Positions 16,993 to 27,072 of a stretch of DNA of 64,000 nt are shown piece after piece (positions within the stretch are counted from its first letter, which is position 1; the number at the start of each line of letters is the position of its first letter). Origin of the DNA: a virus. The translations under genes and the position numbers were made by a program. Below the pieces are notes generated by a model, which was not told where the DNA came from, did no database searches, and saw nothing but the letters and a program-made list of their open reading frames with translations. The stretch lies in IMG/VR virus record IMGVR_UViG_3300027734_000038. One strand, 5' to 3'.

Positions 16993-18337
16993 TGATGACT
17001 TTCTACGGAAAGTTTTACCATTTTTAAAGACGGAATATTTTGGTGATAATGTAGAGAAAGTATTATTTAATGAAATCACATCGTTCACGGAAACTTACAA
17101 TAATTCGCCATCGATTGAGGCAGTTGGACTTGCCGTCAAAGAAAGGCGTAACCTTACGGATGACGAAGTTAAGAGATGTGAAGATTATCTTAAAGAAATT
17201 GAGGCAAATCGTCAAACAGAAACCGAGATTCAATGGCTTGTTGACAAGACGGAAAAGTTTTGCCAAGAGAAGGCCATATATAATGCTGTATTGGGGTCTA
17301 TTTCGATTCTCGATGGTAAAGACAAAACAAATGACAAAGGTGCGATTCCCAAGATATTATCGGACGCCTTGGCAATCTCATTCGACAACTCCGTAGGACA
17401 CGATTATCTTGAAAACTCAGATGACCGATACGAATTTTATCACCGCAAAGAAGAACGAATCCCCTTTGATTTGGAATATTTTAACAAAATTACAAAGGGA
17501 GGACTACCTGCCAAAACCCTTAATATTGCTCTTGCTGGTACTGGCGTTGGTAAATCTTTGTTTATGTGCCATGTTGCTGCCAGTGCTATGGTGCAAGGCA
17601 AGAATGTCCTCTATATCACCCTTGAAATGGCTGAAGAAAAGATTGCAGAGAGAATAGATGCAAACTTATTGAATGTTACACTTGATGACTTGATGAGTTT
17701 ACCTAAAGATTTATATGATAAGAAAGTAAATCGTGTAAAAGAAAAAGTAACTGGTAAACTTATTATCAAAGAATATCCAACCGCTTCTGCTTCAACAACA
17801 CATTTTAGAACTTTATTAAATGAACTCAACCTCAAAAGGTCTTTCGTGCCTGATATTATCTTTGTGGATTATCTTAATATCTGTTGTTCTTCTCGTATCA
17901 AAGCTGGTGCGAATATTAACTCTTACACCTATGTCAAGTCCATTGCAGAAGAACTTAGGGGACTTGCGGTTGAATATAATGTTCCTATTGTATCTGCTAC
18001 TCAAACTACCAGAAGCGGATTCACATCGAGTGATCCAGGCTTGGAGGATACGAGTGAGAGCTTCGGGCTGCCTGCGACCGCCGATTTAATGTTTGCCTTA
18101 ATCTCATCTGAAGATTTAGAAGCAATGGGTCAGATTATGGTAAAACAGTTGAAGAATCGTTATAACGATCCAACATTCCATAAACGATTTACACTTGGTG
18201 TCGATAGAGCAAAGATGAAACTGTATGATGTAGAACAATCTGCACAACAAGGAATTGCTGATGCTGGCCATCAAGGTATTGGTGCTCACAACAAAATTAA
18301 GCATGAGAAAAAACAATTTGATGGATTCAAAGTATGA
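16952..18337 (+). CDS. 41: Replicative DNA helicase (DnaB-like)
   Basis: AGTGVGKS, TLEMAEE, VDYLNIC, SATQTTR, SESFGLPATAD. Confidence 0.96.
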   Translation: MKLEQTILKTLIYNDDFLRKVLPFLKTEYFGDNVEKVLFNEITSFTETYNNSPSIEAVGLAVKERRNLTDDEVKRCEDYLKEIEANRQTETEIQWLVDKTEKFCQEKAIYNAVLGSISILDGKDKTNDKGAIPKILSDALAISFDNSVGHDYLENSDDRYEFYHRKEERIPFDLEYFNKITKGGLPAKTLNIALAGTGVGKSLFMCHVAASAMVQGKNVLYITLEMAEEKIAERIDANLLNVTLDDLMSLPKDLYDKKVNRVKEKVTGKLIIKEYPTASASTTHFRTLLNELNLKRSFVPDIIFVDYLNICCSSRIKAGANINSYTYVKSIAEELRGLAVEYNVPIVSATQTTRSGFTSSDPGLEDTSESFGLPATADLMFALISSEDLEAMGQIMVKQLKNRYNDPTFHKRFTLGVDRAKMKLYDVEQSAQQGIADAGHQGIGAHNKIKHEKKQFDGFKV

Positions 18338-19440
18338 TGTTATCTAAAGACGATGCGGTACATTGTGCCAAGGTATTTCAAGATTACTTTGGTAACTTTG
18401 ACCGCATCGATGAATATATGCGTGACCAAAAGTTGGCATCATTATCTGAAATGTCTTTGAATCCTCTATTTGCACCAGAAGATGATTTGTTTTCTGATTT
18501 CACGATGCATCCAAAAGATATGGATATTGAAGTGGTAGAAATTCATAATGATACATGGGAAACCTTACTTTCAATTACCAGTTCTCATGTTAATATCCGA
18601 CCTGTTGGTCGTAGCATTCACTTGGCAGTTAAAGAGAAGAAGTCAGGAAAGTTCGTAGGTTTCATTCGGTTAGGTTCACCAGTCATCAACTGCAAACCTA
18701 GAAATGAAATGCTTGGACAAGTGTTTACGCAACAACCTGAATGGGGTAAACGCTTCAATGATTCTGCTATGATGGGTTTTGTAATTGTGCCCTCTCAACC
18801 ATTTGGTTTTAATTATCTAGGTGGTAAACTTCTGGCTGCCATCTGTACCAGTCATGAAGTCCGTGAAATGATAAACAAGAAATATAATATGAATATGTGT
18901 TTGTTTGAAACTACCAGTTTGTATGGTTCTTCTAAATCATCTTCACAATATGATGGTATGAAACCATATATTCGTTATAAAGGCTTGACAGAATCAGATT
19001 TTTTGCCTATGATGCATGGTAAACCTTATTCAGATTTGGTTGCATTTGTTGAATCGAAGATTGGTAAGATTGTAGATGATGGAATCTCTAGTCGTAAACT
19101 AAAAATCTCCATGAAAATTATTTCATTAACTAGAGCTGCATTGAAAGGCACACCAGAACTGGTTGCTTTTGATACAACGATTGGGAATGCTAAGAAGTTG
19201 ACAGAACAGAAACGATATTATATTTCCGATTATGGTTTTAAGAATATGGTAGACTATGTAACCTGTAAAACAGATACTCTTTTACCTGGTGAAAACTATG
19301 AAAAATTTCATTTGAAGAATGTGATAGAATGGTGGAAGAATAAAGCCACCAATCGTTATGATACATTGAAGTCAGAAAGTCGTTTAAGAACAACACTTGA
19401 GGTTTGGACCAATGATACAAATATTGACATTATTCGTTAA
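18334..19440 (+). CDS. DUF4338 / Druantia DruA-like protein (paralog 2)
   Basis: PVGR, VPSQPFGFNYLGGKLLA, ETTSLYG, SQYDG. Confidence 0.65.
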   Translation: MMLSKDDAVHCAKVFQDYFGNFDRIDEYMRDQKLASLSEMSLNPLFAPEDDLFSDFTMHPKDMDIEVVEIHNDTWETLLSITSSHVNIRPVGRSIHLAVKEKKSGKFVGFIRLGSPVINCKPRNEMLGQVFTQQPEWGKRFNDSAMMGFVIVPSQPFGFNYLGGKLLAAICTSHEVREMINKKYNMNMCLFETTSLYGSSKSSSQYDGMKPYIRYKGLTESDFLPMMHGKPYSDLVAFVESKIGKIVDDGISSRKLKISMKIISLTRAALKGTPELVAFDTTIGNAKKLTEQKRYYISDYGFKNMVDYVTCKTDTLLPGENYEKFHLKNVIEWWKNKATNRYDTLKSESRLRTTLEVWTNDTNIDIIR

Positions 19441-19477
19441 ATGTGTATAATAAATACTCTTACTTAACGGAGATAAT

Positions 19478-20581
19478 ATGGCTTATACTTTCTTTCCAAC
19501 ATCGGCAATCGAGGTTTCTAAAACACTCAAACCGAAAAATGTTAGCGAAAAAACTAAAATACAAGAGATAAATGCTCTTTTAAGTTATTTACAAAATAAT
19601 GCAAAAACAAAAAAAGTTATTGCTACACCTATTAATATTGATCCAACTAACATTAGTATGGTAAATATTTCCAGAAAAATAAAAGGAATACTTACCGAAA
19701 AACAAATAGCAACAGCAGTAGGACTAAAAACACTTAAAATCAAATTTGGTGACGGTTCTGCTGGTGGGCGAGGTGTTAATAATAAAGGAAATAAGTTTGA
19801 GAAAGATTTGGGTCCAGCATTTAAATCTTGGTGGTCAGGCAAAAAAGTAACAGATGCTGATTTAAATTATTCAATAGACGAAGTTTACGATATAACAAAT
19901 CTAAAAAATTTTTCCACTTTAGATGTTGATGCTGAAGCTGGAGCAAAAAATACAAAAAGACCAATACAATACACACCAAACATTCATTTATATTCGACAT
20001 CAGCAGACAATAATATTGGCGATATGCTTACTGATATTACACTAATTGGTACTGTTGGCAATAAAAAACAAAATATATATTTGAGTTTAAAAACAACATC
20101 AACCGTAACTTTTTTTAATGTTGGTATTAAAGAAGTATTACCAACATCAGAAATTAAATCAGGAAACATTTCAAATAAAAATGGATTAAAATTATTAAAA
20201 ATGTTTAGTATAGATCCTTCAGTTTTTTGTGATGTTTATAATCAAAAAAGTTTTAAAGGTTATTCTGAAGATATTAATTTGACCGCATCACAAACCTCAA
20301 ATATACAAACATTTTTAGAATCTGGTATTGGTTACGGGTATACTGTTGTGCATCAAATACGAAAAGGAAATGTTAAAGTTTTTAATGTTACTAAAAAATA
20401 TATGCAAGATGCTGCAAAACCAAATTCATTAAAAATATATTATGGTGGAAAAACTGGTACAGGCAAAAGAGTTGATATGGAAATTATTACCAACAAATAT
20501 CTTTTAAAATTGAACATTAGAGATACACAAGGCAAAGATGGTTACCCCACTCGTTTAATGTGTGACTTTTCTTACTTATAG
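19478..20581 (+). CDS. AT-rich hypothetical protein, putative PD-(D/E)xK nuclease
   Basis: GNKFE, TDITL, YLSLK spacing; sigma70 promoter at 19424-19451. Confidence 0.45.
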   Translation: MAYTFFPTSAIEVSKTLKPKNVSEKTKIQEINALLSYLQNNAKTKKVIATPINIDPTNISMVNISRKIKGILTEKQIATAVGLKTLKIKFGDGSAGGRGVNNKGNKFEKDLGPAFKSWWSGKKVTDADLNYSIDEVYDITNLKNFSTLDVDAEAGAKNTKRPIQYTPNIHLYSTSADNNIGDMLTDITLIGTVGNKKQNIYLSLKTTSTVTFFNVGIKEVLPTSEIKSGNISNKNGLKLLKMFSIDPSVFCDVYNQKSFKGYSEDINLTASQTSNIQTFLESGIGYGYTVVHQIRKGNVKVFNVTKKYMQDAAKPNSLKIYYGGKTGTGKRVDMEIITNKYLLKLNIRDTQGKDGYPTRLMCDFSYL

Positions 20582-20590
20582 GATTAAATT

Positions 20591-20872
20591 ATGGCACTAG
20601 TTGATTTTGATAAATTGGCAAAAGAATATGCCAATATACAGGATGATTTTGGATTTTCTGCGGTAAGTGAGGCTGAGTATAATGCAGTTATCAATAAGAC
20701 TGCTGAAACAGCCGATGACTACAAAGTTCGTTTAAAAGAAGTAGAAAAGATGATTATTCCTTTTCTTCAGAAATTACATTCTACTGGAGATAAAGAATAT
20801 ATATATTGGCCAAATCGTAAACCAATGATTGAAAAACAAATAGAGAAAATTTTAAAACTGACTAGAGATTAA
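20591..20872 (+). CDS. Hypothetical protein
   Basis: DFGFSAV...YIYWPNR. Confidence 0.6.
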   Translation: MALVDFDKLAKEYANIQDDFGFSAVSEAEYNAVINKTAETADDYKVRLKEVEKMIIPFLQKLHSTGDKEYIYWPNRKPMIEKQIEKILKLTRD

Positions 20873-20875
20873 ATT

Positions 20876-21598
20876 ATGACTGCTACTGTGATTATACCGA
20901 CCACCGGTTCGGCTGAGGTTCACACCGCTATTAAATCTGTATTGAATCAAACATATGATACCAAATGTTATGTTGTTTGTGATGGTCCTGAATATGTTCA
21001 TGCTGTTAAAAATCATGTAAAGATTTTTGAGAGCCATCCGAAATACAAAAATATTATGGTTTGTAATTTGCCTTTGAATGTGGGTGCCAGAGGTTTCTAT
21101 GGCCACCGAGTTTATGCAGCTTTTACACACTTGATTGATACAAAATATGTAATGTGGTTAGACCAAGATAATTGGTTATATGAAAACCATGTTAAAAGTT
21201 GTATTGACACTATCGAAGCAACTAATCTAGACTGGTGTTATTCCCTACGACAAATACATAATAAGACCGGTGATTTTGTTTGCTTTGATGATTGTGAATC
21301 GTTAGGCAAATGGCAAACCTATCATGGCATACATCACATAGATACAAATAGTTATTGCGTTAAGACAGAAATTGCAATAAAATTAGCAACCGCTTGGCAT
21401 GGTGGTTGGGGTCAAGATAGAGTATTTTTGGCAACAATTGCTCAACACTTCCCTAAATGGGATTGCACAGGCAACTATACAGTCCATTATCGTGTTGATG
21501 GTGGTCAAGGTTCTGTTACGGCAGATTTTTTTGAAAATGGCAATAAAGTAATGTTTGAAAAATATAATGGAGTTTACCCATGGCGTCAAAAAGTTTAA
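20876..21598 (+). CDS. Glycosyltransferase family 2-like
   Basis: VIIPT, SVLNQT, VCDG, WLDQDN. Confidence 0.8.
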   Translation: MTATVIIPTTGSAEVHTAIKSVLNQTYDTKCYVVCDGPEYVHAVKNHVKIFESHPKYKNIMVCNLPLNVGARGFYGHRVYAAFTHLIDTKYVMWLDQDNWLYENHVKSCIDTIEATNLDWCYSLRQIHNKTGDFVCFDDCESLGKWQTYHGIHHIDTNSYCVKTEIAIKLATAWHGGWGQDRVFLATIAQHFPKWDCTGNYTVHYRVDGGQGSVTADFFENGNKVMFEKYNGVYPWRQKV

Positions 21599-22428
21599 TA
21601 ATCGGTGCATTTACTAATTACAACTACAATCAATTAAAACCATGGGTTGAATCGATTGATGAATGTGGTTTTACTGGCGATAAAGCCATGGTTGTTGGTA
21701 ATGCTTCAGAAGAAACAATCGGTGAGTTAATCAAACGAGATTTCATCATCATTAAGATGCATGATATTAAAGCACCAATTCATGTGGCTCGCTTTCTTTC
21801 AATCTACGACTTTCTTAAAAACACTTGGCAGAATTATAGTCATGTGGTAACCACAGATGTCAAAGATGTTTACTTCCAAACAAATCCAATTGTATGGTTA
21901 GAATTAAATCTTAAAGGTAAAAAACTTGTTGCCGGTTCTGAAGGTATGAGATATGCAGACGAACCATGGGGTAATGAGAATCTTATGCAATCTTATGGAC
22001 CATATGTTCATGAGCAGTTCAAAAATAATGAGATATACAATGTAGGAACAATCGGTGGTGTATCTGAGTATGTAAAAGATATGATGTTCAATATTCTATT
22101 CAATGCAATCAACCGACCCATTCCTATTTGTGACCAAGCGGTCTATAATGTTCTCATTCAGACACAACCATTCAAAGGTGTAACTTACTTTGCTAAACAA
22201 TTAGATGGTTGGGCTTGTCAGGCTGGCACAACAGTTGACCCATCCAAGATTGAATCATTTAGACCACATCTATTAGAACCAGAACCAAAGTTTGAAGATG
22301 GCATTGTTAAGACATCATTAGGCAGAACATTTGCAATTGTTCACCAATATGACCGAGTACCTGCATGGAAAGAACATATCAAACAAAAATATCAACAAGA
22401 AGAAATATTAACTTTTAGGACCGAATAA
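21580..22428 (+). CDS. Putative GT-A glycosyltransferase
   Basis: TDVKDVYFQTNP, NVGTIGG, DQAVYN, VHQYDR. Confidence 0.65.
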   Translation: MASKSLIIGAFTNYNYNQLKPWVESIDECGFTGDKAMVVGNASEETIGELIKRDFIIIKMHDIKAPIHVARFLSIYDFLKNTWQNYSHVVTTDVKDVYFQTNPIVWLELNLKGKKLVAGSEGMRYADEPWGNENLMQSYGPYVHEQFKNNEIYNVGTIGGVSEYVKDMMFNILFNAINRPIPICDQAVYNVLIQTQPFKGVTYFAKQLDGWACQAGTTVDPSKIESFRPHLLEPEPKFEDGIVKTSLGRTFAIVHQYDRVPAWKEHIKQKYQQEEILTFRTE

Positions 22429-22955
22429 TGGACTTTGAAAAAGAATATCAAGATGCCTGTGTAAGAGATACAGACATACACGAACATTTACCAACAATAT
22501 CCGTTTTAACTTCAGAGTGTAATCATGTAACCGAACTTGGTGTTGGTTGGGCTCAAAGCACCCGTGCATTTCTACGACATGATATAGAATTGCATAGTTA
22601 TGAATTTATGCCTCAACCGGGTATTCGTGAATTCTTTGAAGAAGCCAAAAATGCTGGTCGTAATGTAACGCTTCATGTTGATGACACTCGTAAAGTAGAA
22701 ATTGCAGAAACCGATTTGATGTTGGTGGACAGTCTACATATCTATGAGCAGGTACAAAAAGAATTAGAATTACACGCAGGTAAAGTTCGTAAATATCTTT
22801 TATTTCACGACACCACATTATTTGCTGACCGTGGTGAATTTGGTGGCAAGGGTATTTGGCCAGCGGTTCAAGAATTCATTGATTCTCATCCTGAATGGCA
22901 ATTAGTTGAAAGACGGCACAATAATAATGGATTAACTATTTTAAAGAGAGTATAA
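22428..22955 (+). CDS. Class I SAM methyltransferase-like protein
   Basis: ELGV, LLVDSLH.Y, FHDT, NNNGLT. Confidence 0.75.
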   Translation: MDFEKEYQDACVRDTDIHEHLPTISVLTSECNHVTELGVGWAQSTRAFLRHDIELHSYEFMPQPGIREFFEEAKNAGRNVTLHVDDTRKVEIAETDLMLVDSLHIYEQVQKELELHAGKVRKYLLFHDTTLFADRGEFGGKGIWPAVQEFIDSHPEWQLVERRHNNNGLTILKRV

Positions 22956-23956
22956 TGAAAATCTTTATCACGGGAATTGCAGGTTTCCTAGGTAGTCACC
23001 TTGCAGATAGAATGTTGGAATTGGGACACGAAGTTATTGGTAACGATACACTTATTGGTGGTTATCGTGATAATGTTCCAAAGAAAGCAAAGTTGTATGT
23101 TGTGGATTGTTGCGATATAGAAAAAATGACTTACATCATGGAAGGTTGTGATATTGTTATACACTCAGCCGCTACTGCACACGAAGGACTTTCTGTATTC
23201 AGTCCTAGTTTTATTACCAAAAATATATTTGAAGCTTCTGTTGCAACAATCTCAGCTGCGGTACAAAACAAAGTAAAACGATTTGTATATTGCACATCGA
23301 TGGCAAGATATGGTAATCAACCTCATCCTTTCACCGAAGATATGGCACCGAAACCAGTAGACCCTTATGGTGTTGCAAAAGTTGCTGGTGAAGATGTATT
23401 AAAGATTCTTGCTGAAACGCATGGCATGGAATGGAACATTGCGGTGCCACATAACATCGTTGGTCCTCGTCAAAAGTTTGATGACCCTTTCCGTAATGTT
23501 ATGAGTATCATGGCTAATCGTAATCTCCGTGGTTTACCTGCAATCATCTATGGTGACGGCAATCAAACTCGTTGTTTCTCATATGTTGCTGACTGTATCA
23601 ACTGTTTAGAGAAGATGGCATTGGATCCCAAAGTTGTTGGTGAGATTATCAACATTGGTCCTGATGACGGCACAATCTCAATCAAAGACTTGGCAGTATT
23701 GGTAGCCAAAGAAACCGGATTTGAAGGTAAAGCAATTCATATGCCAGACCGACCAAGAGAAGTTAAACACGCTGATTGTTCTGCTGACAAGGCAAGATGG
23801 TTATTGCAATATGAAACTAAAACCACATTAGAGAAATCTATCCAAGAAACTGTGGCATATATTAAGAAAAAAGGACCTAGACAATTTGATTATTCTTATC
23901 CTTTAGAAATCATTTCTGATAAAACTCCTAAAACTTGGAAAGATAGGTTAATGTAA
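22955..23956 (+). CDS. NAD-dependent nucleotide-sugar epimerase/dehydratase
   Basis: TGIAGFLGS Rossmann motif; YGVAK (YxxxK); GDGNQTR.F. Confidence 0.92.
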   Translation: MKIFITGIAGFLGSHLADRMLELGHEVIGNDTLIGGYRDNVPKKAKLYVVDCCDIEKMTYIMEGCDIVIHSAATAHEGLSVFSPSFITKNIFEASVATISAAVQNKVKRFVYCTSMARYGNQPHPFTEDMAPKPVDPYGVAKVAGEDVLKILAETHGMEWNIAVPHNIVGPRQKFDDPFRNVMSIMANRNLRGLPAIIYGDGNQTRCFSYVADCINCLEKMALDPKVVGEIINIGPDDGTISIKDLAVLVAKETGFEGKAIHMPDRPREVKHADCSADKARWLLQYETKTTLEKSIQETVAYIKKKGPRQFDYSYPLEIISDKTPKTWKDRLM

Positions 23957-24735
23957 TGGCATCTATATCATTTCTTCATTTGGCTTCGGCTGGTAAATCA
24001 ATATCAACAGAAAAAGTTGTTAGTAACATTAGACAATATCATCCAGATGCTTATTATTTTTTGGGATCTGATGCTGCTGATGATTTATCGGATATTGCCA
24101 AACAATACAATTTAGATTATCATTATTTCGATGATAAGTTGGGATATCCAACACAACCTTTTGGTTACAGAAAAGAAAAGGTATTATTGTGGTTGGAACG
24201 ATTTCATTATGCCTGTGAAAATTGTAACACATCACATATAATGATGGTAGAAGATGATGTTTGGATTAAAAAACCTATTACAGTAAAAGATGAATGGGAG
24301 ATGTCTTGCCATAAGATTAGTCATGGTAATCGTTTTCCTCCTGCTGTATTAGATATCATGGAACAATTTTCTGGTGTAAAACCTAAAACCGATTTCTATG
24401 GTGGCGGCGGTGGTTCAATTTACAATGTCAAAACATTTTTAAAGAACTACACAAGAATGACCGCATTGATTGATGATAAGTGGGATTACATACAAGACAA
24501 TCATTATCCTACGATTGGTTGGATGGACTGTTTAATGGTCGCATACTATTTCTTTTGTGGTAAAAATTATACAGAGAATCCTCATATGACAGATACACAC
24601 CATCACCAAAAAGGATTTGATTTTGATAAATTTGTAGAAGAACAGCCAGAACACATTGAAATAGTTAATAACTATAAAAAGTATTACTGGCCTAATGAAA
24701 ATGAAGTTATAACATTTAATACAGAATCAATATGA
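23956..24735 (+). CDS. Putative glycosyltransferase
   Basis: MMVEDDV DxD-like motif; cluster context. Confidence 0.55.
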   Translation: MASISFLHLASAGKSISTEKVVSNIRQYHPDAYYFLGSDAADDLSDIAKQYNLDYHYFDDKLGYPTQPFGYRKEKVLLWLERFHYACENCNTSHIMMVEDDVWIKKPITVKDEWEMSCHKISHGNRFPPAVLDIMEQFSGVKPKTDFYGGGGGSIYNVKTFLKNYTRMTALIDDKWDYIQDNHYPTIGWMDCLMVAYYFFCGKNYTENPHMTDTHHHQKGFDFDKFVEEQPEHIEIVNNYKKYYWPNENEVITFNTESI

Positions 24736-25529
24736 ACGACATAACAATAGTCACCGCTTTCTTTGATATTGGTCGTGGTGATTGGACACCAGACAAAGGA
24801 TTACCACACTATTTACATAGAACGACCAAAACATATCTTGACCGATTTAGTCATATGGCTAAATTGGAAAATCCTATGGTTGTTTATACATCAAAAGATT
24901 TGGTTGATGAGGTAAAATTTCTCAGACAGGATAGACCTACTGACATACTCACAATTGATTTTCCTAATAGTTTTCAAAAACTAAGAGATGAGATTACCAG
25001 AGTTCAAAAAGACTCAGAATATCAAGCTAAAATAAATCCCGCACAAGCAAAAAATCCAGAGTATTGGAATGCTGACTATGTTCTCGTCAATTTTTTAAAG
25101 TCATCTTTTGTTACAAGAGCTTTACAATCTAATCTTATTAATACTGATTTGGTTGCTTGGATGGATTTCGGATACTGTAGAGACCTATCTACACTTAATG
25201 ATGTTAAACATTGGCAATATCCTTTTGCCAAAGATAAAATACACTTTTTCAATTTAAAAGATTGGCAAGAAGGCACATTCATTGAGAATGTTATTTTCAA
25301 TAATGATGTTCACATTACAGGTCCATGTATTGTTGCGGGTAAAGATATGTGGCAAACACTAGAGCATTTAGTTCACCATAGTGTAGACCAATTACTTAAA
25401 AATAATTTAATAGATGATGACCAAACCATCTTATTGATGTCGTATTTACAAAAACCAGAATTGTTTGAATTGCATAAAGTATCAGCTGATGATTGGTTTG
25501 TTGCTTTTAAGGATTATAATGAAAATTAA
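24732..25529 (+). CDS. HtrL/YibB (WlaTC)-family glycosyltransferase-like protein
   Basis: ITIVTAFFDIGRGDW, PEY...Y, WMDFG, DDDQ. Confidence 0.8.
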   Translation: MNDITIVTAFFDIGRGDWTPDKGLPHYLHRTTKTYLDRFSHMAKLENPMVVYTSKDLVDEVKFLRQDRPTDILTIDFPNSFQKLRDEITRVQKDSEYQAKINPAQAKNPEYWNADYVLVNFLKSSFVTRALQSNLINTDLVAWMDFGYCRDLSTLNDVKHWQYPFAKDKIHFFNLKDWQEGTFIENVIFNNDVHITGPCIVAGKDMWQTLEHLVHHSVDQLLKNNLIDDDQTILLMSYLQKPELFELHKVSADDWFVAFKDYNEN

Positions 25530-26250
25530 AATTGATTGTACCGCCAATCTAGGTGATTTTTGTAATGCACTACCTGTAATCTCAGGTATCTCAAAATATA
25601 AAAATGAAAAGATTCATCTCATTATCAGACCAGAGATGCGTAAGTTTAATGGTATTAAAGAGTTTTTAAAATATCAACCAATGATTGAAGATGTCGATTT
25701 CTCCGATGATTTATTGACTTTTGGTGACATTATGACTATCAGTTCATGGACACGCATGGACCAAGAAGATTCAAATCGTCCTATTGAGACCTGTCGTTAT
25801 GAGAATTGGGTAAATGATAATTACAGAATGTTATTTGAAGTTGATGATGATTTTGAGATTCAAGTTTTCCCAATGTTTGTTGATGATTTCAATGATAAAA
25901 CTATTATTGGTGATAGATGGTCTGCAAAACAAGATCCTAGTGTTGATGCAAGACGATACACCAATGTAATTGAGAATGGTGCAAATCTTGATAAAGACAA
26001 AGTTGTATATATGGACTACTCAAAGCCATTAATGTATAATTGCAATCTTATCAAACAGAATCCTAATCCATTTATTACTACATTCACAGGCATTGGTATT
26101 ATTGCTGACCTAATGAATAAAGAAACAATCGTTGGTTGGGACGAAGATATGAGGACTTGGGATGGCCATCCTGTTGAGTTTGATTTTAAACGACACTATT
26201 ATGGTAATCGTAAATCAAAATTAGTTTATGTGAAAGATATTACACTATGA
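25519..26250 (+). CDS. Putative GT-B (GT9-like) glycosyltransferase
   Basis: LGD....LP N-terminus; FITTFTG; cluster context. Confidence 0.45.
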   Translation: MKIKIDCTANLGDFCNALPVISGISKYKNEKIHLIIRPEMRKFNGIKEFLKYQPMIEDVDFSDDLLTFGDIMTISSWTRMDQEDSNRPIETCRYENWVNDNYRMLFEVDDDFEIQVFPMFVDDFNDKTIIGDRWSAKQDPSVDARRYTNVIENGANLDKDKVVYMDYSKPLMYNCNLIKQNPNPFITTFTGIGIIADLMNKETIVGWDEDMRTWDGHPVEFDFKRHYYGNRKSKLVYVKDITL

Positions 26251-26963
26251 TTATCAATATTGAACCTGGAACTTTTGGCACAGTTCGAAATGGAGATATG
26301 ATTGCTGTTGCGAATGTCTTGGAACATATCAGAAAAACAAATAACAATCCTACAATACAGTTTCATTTGAAACCAGGAAATGTTAGCTCAGACACACATT
26401 GTCAAACATTTTATGAGATAATGTTGAAGATGACTAATTATTTTTCAACAGAACCGGGTGAACAATCATTGCCTTGGAGAAAAGTAAATGTTTGGGATTT
26501 CAGAGATATATGTGGTGATTTGATAAAAATACCAAATAATGCACCGATGGAAAAGAAGATTGCTGTATTTCCATTATTTGATGCACCATATAATCAATGG
26601 CGTAACTGGCCAAAGAATGTATATGAACAGATTATTGCCAAGTATTCTACTGAAGAATATAAAGATTATGAAAAAGTAATCTGTAAAAAAGGCGAATCAA
26701 CCGAAGGTTGCCCATTTGAGGGTTGGCGGTATTCTACCAATTTTGTGCAGAATTATTACCACATTACCACAGCGGAAATCTTTGTTGGTGGTGATACTGG
26801 TTCTAGCCACTTTGCATGGGCGCTTGACAAAGGACCTAAAGACCTGATATACTATGGATCCAGTCGAGCATTAGTTCATACCCTACCATTCTATTTACTT
26901 CAAGGAAAAGGTCGTATGGCCAATTATTGGTTGGATTTTGAAGGTACAAAATGGAATAATTAA
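26247..26963 (+). CDS. Putative GT9-like glycosyltransferase
   Basis: RNGD, RNWP, FVGGDTGSSHFA (GT9 D-T/S-G..H motif). Confidence 0.6.
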   Translation: MIINIEPGTFGTVRNGDMIAVANVLEHIRKTNNNPTIQFHLKPGNVSSDTHCQTFYEIMLKMTNYFSTEPGEQSLPWRKVNVWDFRDICGDLIKIPNNAPMEKKIAVFPLFDAPYNQWRNWPKNVYEQIIAKYSTEEYKDYEKVICKKGESTEGCPFEGWRYSTNFVQNYYHITTAEIFVGGDTGSSHFAWALDKGPKDLIYYGSSRALVHTLPFYLLQGKGRMANYWLDFEGTKWNN

Positions 26964-27020
26964 GCCACTATGTATCGAAGCCAATCTTTCTAAGAATTGA
27001 GCTCAAGAACCAAGAAGTTG

Positions 27021-27028
27021 TATAAATA
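27021..27028 (+). promoter_or_regulatory. T4-type late promoter
   Basis: Exact TATAAATA about 45 nt upstream of ATG 27073. Confidence 0.75.
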
Positions 27029-27072
27029 AGCAACTGGCAATCAAAGTGTATTGCAAATCAGAAGGAAATTCA

